Part shown: positions 21,390 to 29,578 of the stretch, in pieces | Numbering within the stretch: position 1 is the stretch's first letter | Layout of the letters: the number at the start of each line of letters is the position of its first letter | DNA from: an uncultured Ectothiorhodospiraceae bacterium | Lineage (GTDB): Bacteria; Pseudomonadota; Gammaproteobacteria; S012-40 | Assembly: GCA_945787715.1 (NCBI GenBank) | Contig: CALZJE010000008.1 | Location: 24,367-88,366, forward strand | DNA length: 64,000 nucleotides | Direction of reading: 5' to 3' | The notes under the pieces: model-generated | Databases searched by the model: none | What the model was told of the DNA's origin: nothing | The model's input: only the letters and a program-made list of their open reading frames with translations | Translations under genes and position numbers: made by a program

Positions 21390-21878
21390 TTAATCCCTGA
21401 CCAGCCGCACAAACCACTCAGCTTGCTTATTGCTTAAATAGCTTTCCCCATGTAGGAAAAATACTATCATGGCATGGTATTTTGATGTGGAGTCTTCAGT
21501 TATGGTCCAGAACCCGGTAGATACTGTATTTGGAAATTTAGATTGATTTATTGCGGGTTGAAAACAACGTTTCTCGGTAATGCTTTCCAGTTCTTTCAGC
21601 GTTGGTAAACGCCAATTTTTTTTGCCGGCAAAGCCTTCATAATTATTAAAATAATTAGCGGCGAGAATTGCTTTTTGCCATTCCATTCGTTTGCTTTGCC
21701 CTATGCACATGGAATTTTCCCAAGTCATTCCATATGCACATTTCATCCAGGTTAGGCTTGTTTTTTCATCAAATATTGTTCCGTTACCGATATCTTTATA
21801 GTTTGTGTTTTCTGGAATACATTCCGCATTCAGGTTGGCTGTAATTAAGCTCAGGGATAAAACAATAAAGCGTATCAT
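21390..21878 (-). CDS. Secreted DUF1566 (Lcl C-terminal domain-like) protein
   Basis: N-terminal signal peptide (MIRFIVLSLSLITANLNA). WRLPTLKELESI motif is characteristic of DUF1566. Confidence 0.55.
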   Translation of the reverse strand: MIRFIVLSLSLITANLNAECIPENTNYKDIGNGTIFDEKTSLTWMKCAYGMTWENSMCIGQSKRMEWQKAILAANYFNNYEGFAGKKNWRLPTLKELESITEKRCFQPAINQSKFPNTVSTGFWTITEDSTSKYHAMIVFFLHGESYLSNKQAEWFVRLVRD

Positions 21879-22355
21879 GATAGTGCCGCCTAATTATTAT
21901 TACTTGAGTTTCCATTTTATAACTGAGCGTTTGTTATGTCTATGGTATCCAATTTGAAATTTCTACAACAATTTTCACTGTTAAGTTTGAATAACTGAAG
22001 ATATTTACGATTTTCTCATCAGATTAATTGGAATAGGTATTGCAGAAATGAGATGTGAAATATGTACCATTTTAAATTATCTCATCTATTAATCATCCAA
22101 TTTATATTTCCTTGAAATTTATTTTATCTGAGCTCCGTTACTTCCGTTACTACTATATATGGCTGAATAAATTTTGAGAGAAGTAAGAAATATTGTCTGA
22201 TCACCTTTTTTACGCTGGGCTTCATCTACTATACTTGCATTGACATTATCGAGAACTCTATTTTCCATTGTAAATGAAATTCAAATTTTTCTCTTGCCAT
22301 TGTCTTTCCGTTGAGTAATGATTCAATCAAATAACCAAGTAAAAGAGTAAATATT

Positions 22356-22820
22356 ATGTTGCAAGTAAATACCACCGCTCCCAACTTTACCTTACCCAGT
22401 CAAACAGGAGAAAATATTTCTCTTGATGACTATAAAGGTAATAAAAATGTGGTGCTCTATTTTTATCCAAAAGACGATACATCAGGCTGCACTCTTGAAG
22501 CTCAGCAATTCAGTGCATTGATTGACGCATTTGCCGCTGTGGAAACTGTTGTTATTGGTGTAAGCAAAGACTCCTGTGATAGTCACCAGAGTTTTATCAA
22601 TAAATATGGTCTGAAAGTTGAGTTGATCTCCGATACCGATGGTCAGCTCTGTGAAAAATACGGGGTATGGCAGGAAAAAGAGAAAAATGGCGTTAAAAAA
22701 ATGGGTATCGTCCGCTCTACTTTTATCATCGACAAGAAATGTAATTTGGTTGATGTAGAGTATGGAGTCACTGCCGATGGTCATGCGCAGGCGGTGTTGG
22801 ATAAAGTTAAGTCACTGTAG
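22356..22820 (+). CDS. bcp: Thiol peroxidase Bcp (peroxiredoxin Q/BCP family)
   Basis: 154 aa. YFYPKDDTSGCTLEA active-site motif. Confidence 0.9.
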   Translation: MLQVNTTAPNFTLPSQTGENISLDDYKGNKNVVLYFYPKDDTSGCTLEAQQFSALIDAFAAVETVVIGVSKDSCDSHQSFINKYGLKVELISDTDGQLCEKYGVWQEKEKNGVKKMGIVRSTFIIDKKCNLVDVEYGVTADGHAQAVLDKVKSL

Positions 22821-23057
22821 TAAACAGGTGATAGCGAGCTGAGTTCGAAAATTCATCTTCTGCCCTAGTGAGCCATGCCTATTATGAAATTTATTTGCGT
22901 AGAAACTGCCAATGCCGCTGATGATGTGGTTGAAGTTCCGGCCGGCAGTGAATGAAAGTCGCTTAGTGGCAACTTGCTTGAGATTGGGTCACTTGAGATT
23001 GGGTTCCTTGAGATTACTCAACGACTCTTTGAATTAAATGTCCCAGCTTTTTGAATC

Positions 23058-24644
23058 CTACCTTTCACTCAACTTCCCAAACTTAGCGGGAGGTTTACGA
23101 TGAAGAGTCGCTTGCTCATATGCATATGCATATTGAAAAAGTTTTCCTTCAAAAAAAGGTTTCCCCAAAAATTGCAGTCCAGTGGGTAATCCATCTGATG
23201 TGAATCCCATGGGTACTGTGATAGCGGGTTGGCCTGTGTGTGGTGCAATCTTGGGGCTGTTGTTGCCATGCGGTGATTCATCGTCGCCAATATTTCTTGG
23301 TGGGTTTGACCAGGAGGGGTAGATGATTGCATCAATACGTTGATCTTGCATGGCTTGCATTACAGCGTCTTTTAATACCTTTCTTCTTGGATCGTTTTCC
23401 ACATCAACGCAAGGTGGTTCTTGTCGGTCTGGGGTGGTGTCTACATTCATCGCCCACAACATGGCGCCGTTGATTTTTTCATTAAACAATTTTTTGTCAT
23501 AGACTTCCTTGAGATTTTTTACTGGGGCTTTGTCACCTAATGTTTTTAAATATTCATCGATGTCGTATCTAAAGCGACTACAGAACCCGGTTGCTTTTGA
23601 GAGCTTTTCAAAATTTGGAACGGTAAAGTTATCGATAATTATTGCACCTTGATTTGATAGGTCTTCGATAGCTGATTCCATCAATACGATTGTTTCAGGA
23701 TCTGCGTCGTCTGACATGAATAATTCTCGCATAACGCCAAGACGAGCATTGATAAGTCCACGTTTATCCAGATAACGATGGTAGCTTTTCTCAATTTTAC
23801 CTTTGGATGCTTCTGTTCCTGGATCAGCTCGATCATATCCCGCAATCACTTCAAATACTCTTGCAGTATCTTTTACATTGCGCATCATTGGCCCAGCGAC
23901 ATCGCGATTATAGAGGAGTGGTATGACACCATCGCGACTAATTGCCCCAATAGTTGCTCGTATGCCCACTAAAGAGAGATGGGAAGCTGGGCCGCGAATA
24001 GAGTTGCCGGTATCGGTTCCCATACCGATAATGCCATAGTTAGCTGCGACGGCAGATGCAGTTCCACCGCTGGAACCCGCGGGTACGCGATTTTGATTGT
24101 AGGCGTTTCGTGTTTCACCGTGAGTGGAGCTGATGGTTTTATATGGGCTGAATGCCCACTCGGCCATATTGGATTTTGCTACGATTATTGCTCCCGCTTC
24201 GCGCAATTTTTTTACTACAAATGCATCATCAGGAGGAATGGAATCTTTTAGTGCAATGGAGCCAGCCTCGGTCGGCATATCTGCGGTATCAAAGTTGTCC
24301 TTTAATATAATCGGTATGCAATGTAGTTTTCTCAACTTGCCGGTTTGTTGATACTCTTTATCAAGCTCTCGTGCTTTAAATTTGGACTTACGATTAATTT
24401 CGGTGATGGCGTTGAGTTTGTTGTAGTGCTCATAAGTTAGGATGCGCTCGATATAGCGCTCAACGAGTTGAAAACAGGTGATTTGGTTAGAAATTATCCC
24501 ATTATGAACATCATCAATAGTAGCTTCAATGATAGTAAAATCATCACTAAGTTTTTTGGGGAATAGTCCGCAGCCACTAATAAGTTGAATACATAATGCA
24601 ACAATTATAATGCGACAAATAATATAAAGCATTTGATCCTTCAA
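23058..24644 (-). CDS. Amidase-signature family amidase, predicted lipoprotein
   Basis: GGSSGGTASAVAANYGIIGMGTDTGNSIRGPAS amidase signature. N-terminal lipobox LISGC. Confidence 0.8.
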   Translation of the reverse strand: MKDQMLYIICRIIIVALCIQLISGCGLFPKKLSDDFTIIEATIDDVHNGIISNQITCFQLVERYIERILTYEHYNKLNAITEINRKSKFKARELDKEYQQTGKLRKLHCIPIILKDNFDTADMPTEAGSIALKDSIPPDDAFVVKKLREAGAIIVAKSNMAEWAFSPYKTISSTHGETRNAYNQNRVPAGSSGGTASAVAANYGIIGMGTDTGNSIRGPASHLSLVGIRATIGAISRDGVIPLLYNRDVAGPMMRNVKDTARVFEVIAGYDRADPGTEASKGKIEKSYHRYLDKRGLINARLGVMRELFMSDDADPETIVLMESAIEDLSNQGAIIIDNFTVPNFEKLSKATGFCSRFRYDIDEYLKTLGDKAPVKNLKEVYDKKLFNEKINGAMLWAMNVDTTPDRQEPPCVDVENDPRRKVLKDAVMQAMQDQRIDAIIYPSWSNPPRNIGDDESPHGNNSPKIAPHTGQPAITVPMGFTSDGLPTGLQFLGKPFFEGKLFQYAYAYEQATLHRKPPAKFGKLSER

Positions 24645-24785
24645 ATAGAATTATTTTTGGAAAATGAAAAAGCTTATTTTATTGTTGTTATATGAATACG
24701 CTATTTATGATTAGCTGTTTTAATTAGAACCAGAGAGTCTAATGCTATCATGTGACATTGCAAGCCTTTTGAGTGGATTTTATTC

Positions 24786-25088
24786 TTATTTCGGGTCAAT
24801 ATTGGATGGAGGAATAATTTTTTCGCTTTTCCCATTGAGTTGAAACACGAATGAGAGCACGACGGCAACAGCCTGATAGAGATTGGAGGGAATTTCTTCA
24901 TCAATTTCGATTCGTGAAAGTAATTTAACTAGCTCGCTATCTTGATAGAGCGTAACGCCATGCTCTTCTGCTATCTCAACGATTTTTTCTGCAATAATGC
25001 CGTCACCTTTTGCGACTACCTTGGGCGCGTTTTCAATATTGTATTTTAACGCGACAGCTTGAAGATTTTTTTTATCATCGTCGCTCAT
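24786..25088 (-). CDS. FlhB C-terminal domain-like small protein (EscU/YscU/FlhB-C family paralogue)
   Basis: 100 aa. AVALKYNIENAPKVVAKGDGIIAEKIVEIAEEHGVTLYQDSELVKLL aligns with the FlhB cytoplasmic C-terminal domain. Overlaps the upstream gene by 4 nt. Confidence 0.7.
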   Translation of the reverse strand: MSDDDKKNLQAVALKYNIENAPKVVAKGDGIIAEKIVEIAEEHGVTLYQDSELVKLLSRIEIDEEIPSNLYQAVAVVLSFVFQLNGKSEKIIPPSNIDPK

Positions 25089-26755
25089 GCTTTCAAATCC
25101 ACAAGATTACTAGAGTTAATTGTTTCATGGTTGTGAGAGAGAGGTGGTTTACCTTGGTGGCAAGCGATGTTTTCTGATTTAAATCCTGATTTTTGAAGGT
25201 TTTCTTGTAGCTTGTTAACATTTTGGCGGGTTATTTCATAGGTATCGTCTCTCTCAGCCCATAAAACCACGCCAATGTTTTCGCTAATCAAGGTGATTCG
25301 TGCATGTATAGGGCCGAGTGATTCCAGTTCAATCGCTAAATTTACCGTCACGACGGCATCAGCTTCCTGCTCAGTCGCTTGTTCTTTTTCGTAACGCATT
25401 TGTATGAGATGTATATCTTCACCATCTTGTGCTGGAATTTCCATGCTCCAGGCAAGTTTCCCATTATCTTGTTCTTGTAAGGTGTTGAGTTGATGAAGTT
25501 GAGTGCGGGAAATTGCGGAATCCACAGATTTAACAAGATTGTCAATCATATCTACCAGGCTTGATATGCGAGGTGTAACATTCGATTGTTTTGGATCTGT
25601 TTTAGTCGCAACAAAATCAAGTGCATGTTTAATATTACCGAATTCTTTATTGTAGGTAGGAACTGTTTTGCTAATTTGAGGCGTGTTTGTAATTGGCTGT
25701 TGAAGTAGTGATTGTACTAGTGGTTTTTGAGTAGTTACCTTAGTTAACTCTTTGGGAATTATTTTGTGCTGCTGGCTGATAACTTTTATTGCTTGCTGCG
25801 TTTGTTCAATCTTAATTTGTTGAGCAATGTTTTCAACAGATTTTGTTGTTGCTTGTGTAGTATTTATTGTTTTATTTTCAGAATTAGTTTTTATCTGTAA
25901 CGCCGCTTCTTGTTTTACTTGCTCTGTATTTTTAATAGTGTTGGTTTGTATTACTTGATTATCTAAAGGTGTTTTCGCTTGTGTATTTGAAATACTTGCT
26001 TTAATTAGAGGTTGTTGCGGGGGCAGTTTATTAGTCTGGGGCTGTTGCGTTAAACTGCTCTGAAGTTTTATTGTTTGTTGTGTCGAGCTGTTCTGTAATT
26101 TTGTTTCCTGTTGAATAGGGTTGTTTTGAAGTTTTGTTGTTTGCTGAGTTGTAGACTGTTCTTTACTCAATGCATTTTTAAAATTTATGAGTAACGACTT
26201 CAAATCTTTTTTAATTATCGAAGCTGTGTTATTTGTAATAATGTCCTTTAAGTTTTTTTCCAATAATAAACCTGAATTTTTAATGGCTGATTTGACGCCT
26301 TCAGCCGTTGATAACTGTTTGGTTGTTGGAAGTTGTTTTATAAAGCTCCTTGAAACTTGAACCAATTTTTGCGGTATTTGTAATGGTTTGGCGTGTTTGA
26401 TGACATTCTGGATCTGTTGAATAGCGAAACCAATCGGTTTTTGTTGAGGTAACGTTTGCCGCATCGCTTGCTCGGTCACTAGTGAGCTGATGAGCTTTTC
26501 GGGCAGTTGAAGTGTAATTTGTTTTCCGGTTTGAGCAACAAGGAGTTGCAATATTTGGTCGGTTTTCAGGGGCAGCGTCGTTTTTGCATTCAGTAGTGTG
26601 TTATTGATATTTAAAGTGACTTCGCCAGATGCTGAGTTAAGTGAAATGACTTTAGCGAGTAACTGCTGGCCTACGCTCAGGTTATTGGCAGGCATCTTCC
26701 CTGAAGAGACCGTGAGCGTTTGTAAGGCAGCGATTTGTGTTGGCGTGAGTTCCAT
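25085..26755 (-). CDS. FliK-like hook-length control protein homologue (Gln/Thr-rich and repetitive)
   Basis: 556 aa. Long Q/T-rich low-complexity middle with KLQ-type repeats. The C-terminal block (AWSMEIPAQDGEDIHLIQMRYEKEQ...VNLAIELESLGPIHARITL) resembles the FliK Flg_hook domain. Confidence 0.6.
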   Translation of the reverse strand: MELTPTQIAALQTLTVSSGKMPANNLSVGQQLLAKVISLNSASGEVTLNINNTLLNAKTTLPLKTDQILQLLVAQTGKQITLQLPEKLISSLVTEQAMRQTLPQQKPIGFAIQQIQNVIKHAKPLQIPQKLVQVSRSFIKQLPTTKQLSTAEGVKSAIKNSGLLLEKNLKDIITNNTASIIKKDLKSLLINFKNALSKEQSTTQQTTKLQNNPIQQETKLQNSSTQQTIKLQSSLTQQPQTNKLPPQQPLIKASISNTQAKTPLDNQVIQTNTIKNTEQVKQEAALQIKTNSENKTINTTQATTKSVENIAQQIKIEQTQQAIKVISQQHKIIPKELTKVTTQKPLVQSLLQQPITNTPQISKTVPTYNKEFGNIKHALDFVATKTDPKQSNVTPRISSLVDMIDNLVKSVDSAISRTQLHQLNTLQEQDNGKLAWSMEIPAQDGEDIHLIQMRYEKEQATEQEADAVVTVNLAIELESLGPIHARITLISENIGVVLWAERDDTYEITRQNVNKLQENLQKSGFKSENIACHQGKPPLSHNHETINSSNLVDLKA

Positions 26756-26791
26756 ATGAGTTTAGATTTATTACCCAACCAATAAGGAAAG

Positions 26792-26799
26792 TTATCGGC
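26792..26799 (-). promoter_or_regulatory. Candidate sigma-28 (FliA) -10 box GCCGATAA upstream of the FliK-like gene
   Basis: Perfect 8/8 match to the sigma-28 -10 consensus on the minus strand, 36 nt upstream of the ATG at 26755. The -35 match is weak (TTAAACAA versus TAAAGTTT). Confidence 0.4.
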
Positions 26800-26814
26800 C
26801 AATAAAAAAGTTGT

Positions 26815-27411
26815 TTAAACTTCAATTTCTGCAATCAGCGCGCCAAACGAGAAGGTTGTGTAGCGTTCAACTTTGATATTATTTGACCAATAATCAAAAG
26901 GTAAGCCAGCTTTTTCTTTCAAGTGGCGTAAAAAGTTTTTTGTATCCGGTATGCTCTCCCATACACTGGGTAAAAATGTGCCTCTTTGATAATCTTCAGA
27001 CAATATCAAACCATCAGTGCTGGGTCTGATTTTTTGTAGTAAATCATCCTCATTTTTGAATGAGATTGGTTCAGGCTCCGATAATATGGAAATATGAATA
27101 TCGAGATTACTAAATTCAACGCTTGAGAGTTTCGGAAAACGAGGATCGTTAAATGCGGCAGAGTATGCGTTTTCTGCTACATCTTCAGCGAGTGGTCGGG
27201 ATGCTAGTAATCGACCAATACAGCCTCGTAGTTGCTTATTAATCTCTAATGTGACAAAGGTTGCTCGAATGTCTGAAAGTGTGGGTGGATAGTGACTAAG
27301 TTCAATAAATAATGGATTATTATTTTTTAGGCCTGACTCAATGGATTTCGCTGCAATAGATAAAAGCAGAGTCTGTTCTTCCTGTGAATATGGGATATCA
27401 ATAGAAGGCAT
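26815..27411 (-). CDS. AMMECR1 domain protein (AmmeMemoRadiSam system protein A)
   Basis: LRGCIG motif. About 198 aa from the ATG at 27411. The longer track ORF (start 27507) would overlap the MEMO1 gene by 110 nt. Confidence 0.8.
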   Translation of the reverse strand: MPSIDIPYSQEEQTLLLSIAAKSIESGLKNNNPLFIELSHYPPTLSDIRATFVTLEINKQLRGCIGRLLASRPLAEDVAENAYSAAFNDPRFPKLSSVEFSNLDIHISILSEPEPISFKNEDDLLQKIRPSTDGLILSEDYQRGTFLPSVWESIPDTKNFLRHLKEKAGLPFDYWSNNIKVERYTTFSFGALIAEIEV

Positions 27412-28183
27412 ACGCACCGTATCCAACAACTCTGTTTTTATCACCTTCGGTGTCTCCAGAATTTCTAAGATCAAGGGTTTTACAATGCAAATTATGTTTT
27501 TTTGCAAATTTTAAAAGCCCATTAACTGGGTAAGTGCCACATGCCATCTCTCCTGTAATTGTGCCAAACTGGAGTTGCTCTATGGCAGTTGTTGTTTGTT
27601 GGTCAATTTCTTGTGCTGTTTTATAGTCATGAAAATGACTTAAATCAGAGCTGATAACAAAAAAAGTTGCTGGATCATCCCAAAATAAATCTAATACCTC
27701 CTCTACAGCGCTTGAAGTCATATCACCTACGGCTATCGGTACCAGGCTGAACTCATCTAATACAGTTTGTAGAAAAGGGAGGTGGACTTCTAAGCTATGT
27801 TCGTCCTGATGTGCCATATCGCTTAGTTGAACATTAGGATTTTTTAAGAGTGCTTGCACTGCATCCGTATCAATTGCTATATCACCTAAAGGGGTCCGGA
27901 AATAGTCTGCACTACTGACTGCGCAACCATGAACTGCTACGCGATGTGTTGGTCCAAGTAATACGACACGACGAATCTTTTCTCTTAATGGCTCTAATAG
28001 TTTATAAGCACTTGCAGCAATCTCACCTGAATAGATGTACCCAGCATGAGGAACAATTATCGCACGTGGCGTGATATTTCTAGCGGGCGCATTGTTGAGT
28101 ATATCATTCAACAACTCTTGCAAAACTTTTGCATTATTGGGATAAAAAAGCCCGGCAACGGCAGGTTCTCTTATAGTAGGCAT
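27398..28183 (-). CDS. MEMO1 family protein (AmmeMemoRadiSam system protein B)
   Basis: 261 aa. AGLFYP...PHAGYIYSG...LGPTH motifs are typical of MEMO1/extradiol-dioxygenase-like proteins. Confidence 0.8.
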   Translation of the reverse strand: MPTIREPAVAGLFYPNNAKVLQELLNDILNNAPARNITPRAIIVPHAGYIYSGEIAASAYKLLEPLREKIRRVVLLGPTHRVAVHGCAVSSADYFRTPLGDIAIDTDAVQALLKNPNVQLSDMAHQDEHSLEVHLPFLQTVLDEFSLVPIAVGDMTSSAVEEVLDLFWDDPATFFVISSDLSHFHDYKTAQEIDQQTTTAIEQLQFGTITGEMACGTYPVNGLLKFAKKHNLHCKTLDLRNSGDTEGDKNRVVGYGAYAFY

Positions 28184-28243
28184 TGTAATGTTCCCTTTTA
28201 AATACTACATATAAGTATATGGCTAATGTGTAATTTATCAATG

Positions 28244-28251
28244 TTATCGGC
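28244..28251 (-). promoter_or_regulatory. Candidate sigma-28 (FliA) -10 box GCCGATAA upstream of the MEMO1-family gene
   Basis: Perfect 8/8 GCCGATAA on the minus strand, 60 nt upstream of the ATG at 28183. The -35 is weak (GAATTCAT) and overlaps the start of the divergent radical SAM gene. Confidence 0.35.
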
Positions 28252-28262
28252 GAGGTGGTGAG

Positions 28263-29357
28263 ATGAATTCTGAATATCGGGCAACAAAGTATTGGCATAA
28301 GCTTGATGATGGAAGAATACAGTGTGATTTATGTCCGCGATATTGCAAGCTGCACGAAGGCCAGCAGGGATTATGTTTTGTTCGTGCAAACTTTGACGAT
28401 CAAATAGTGAGTACGACTTATGGTCGTTCCAGCGGGTATTGTATTGATCCTATCGAAAAAAAGCCGTTAAATCATTTTTTACCTGGCACACCCGTCCTCT
28501 CATTCGGCACGGCAGGGTGTAATTTAGCGTGTAAATTTTGTCAAAACTGGGATATGAGTAAGTCGCGTGAAATGGATACGCTTGCTGATCAGGCTTCACC
28601 AGAATTAATTGCGCAAGTTGCCGAACAGACCGGCTGCCGAAGTGTTGCGTATACCTACAATGACCCTGTCATATTTTTAGAATATGCTGTTGATACCGCA
28701 ATCGCATGTGCGGAAAAAAATATTAAATCTGTTGCAGTGACTGCGGGTTATATTTGTGAAGAACCCCGCAAAGAATTTTTTAAACACATGGATGCTGCCA
28801 ATATTGACCTAAAGGCGTTTACTGAACGTTTTTACCATAAAATCACTGGTTCACATCTCGGCAATATATTGGATACTTTGCAATATGTAAAACACGAAAC
28901 TAATGTGTGGTTAGAGATAACGAATTTATTAATTCCAGGAGAAAATGATTCCCCCGAAGAGTTGGAAAAAATGACCCAATGGGTTGTCGAAAAACTCGGG
29001 CCTGATGTACCCATGCACTTCACAGCATTTCATCCTGATTGGAAGATGCTAGATTATCCTCCAACCCCCATGAAAACACTCACCCAAGCAAGAGAAATCG
29101 CGATAAAGAACGGTGTTCGATATGTATATACGGGTAATGTTCACGATAAAAAAGGCGAGAGTACATATTGTCACTCATGTGGTGAAAGATTGATTGGTAG
29201 AGACTGGTATGTGTTGAGTGAGTGGAATATGGATAATAATGGCCATTGTCAAAAATGTGGGACTAAATGTAGCGGTGTATTTGAGAATCAAATGGGTACA
29301 TGGGGAGCAAAGCGGCAACCTATCAGATTGGCTGATTTCAGAGAGATTGTAGTTTAA
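28263..29357 (+). CDS. AmmeMemoRadiSam system radical SAM enzyme (PFL-activase-like)
   Basis: CNLACKFC is a CxxxCxxC radical SAM cluster motif. An additional N-terminal Cys cluster (CDLCPRYC) is present. GAGGTGG Shine-Dalgarno before the ATG. Confidence 0.85.
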   Translation: MNSEYRATKYWHKLDDGRIQCDLCPRYCKLHEGQQGLCFVRANFDDQIVSTTYGRSSGYCIDPIEKKPLNHFLPGTPVLSFGTAGCNLACKFCQNWDMSKSREMDTLADQASPELIAQVAEQTGCRSVAYTYNDPVIFLEYAVDTAIACAEKNIKSVAVTAGYICEEPRKEFFKHMDAANIDLKAFTERFYHKITGSHLGNILDTLQYVKHETNVWLEITNLLIPGENDSPEELEKMTQWVVEKLGPDVPMHFTAFHPDWKMLDYPPTPMKTLTQAREIAIKNGVRYVYTGNVHDKKGESTYCHSCGERLIGRDWYVLSEWNMDNNGHCQKCGTKCSGVFENQMGTWGAKRQPIRLADFREIVV

Positions 29358-29578
29358 GGGGGGTATGTCAGTTGAACGCGGCCAATATGTGAAACTTGGA
29401 ATTTGATTATAATCAGTTTAGAACGCTGTTTTTTAAGATAATTATTCTTCTATCGGTTAAAATTGCCATAAATAATCGCTTTTGTTACTGTGGGCAAATA
29501 TCATACAATCCCCATGTGGCTTTAAAGATACCTAACATACAAAACTAACAAACAAAATGAAGTACGGGGAGTACATTC

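Noticed and set aside
23069-24351. Four nested small ORFs within the amidase gene
   Set aside because: Same reasoning. The amidase signature CDS explains the region.
27412-27507. Longer AMMECR1 start (230 aa)
   Set aside because: It would overlap the MEMO1 gene by 110 nt. The internal ATG at 27411 gives a typical family length of about 198 aa with a 14-nt overlap.
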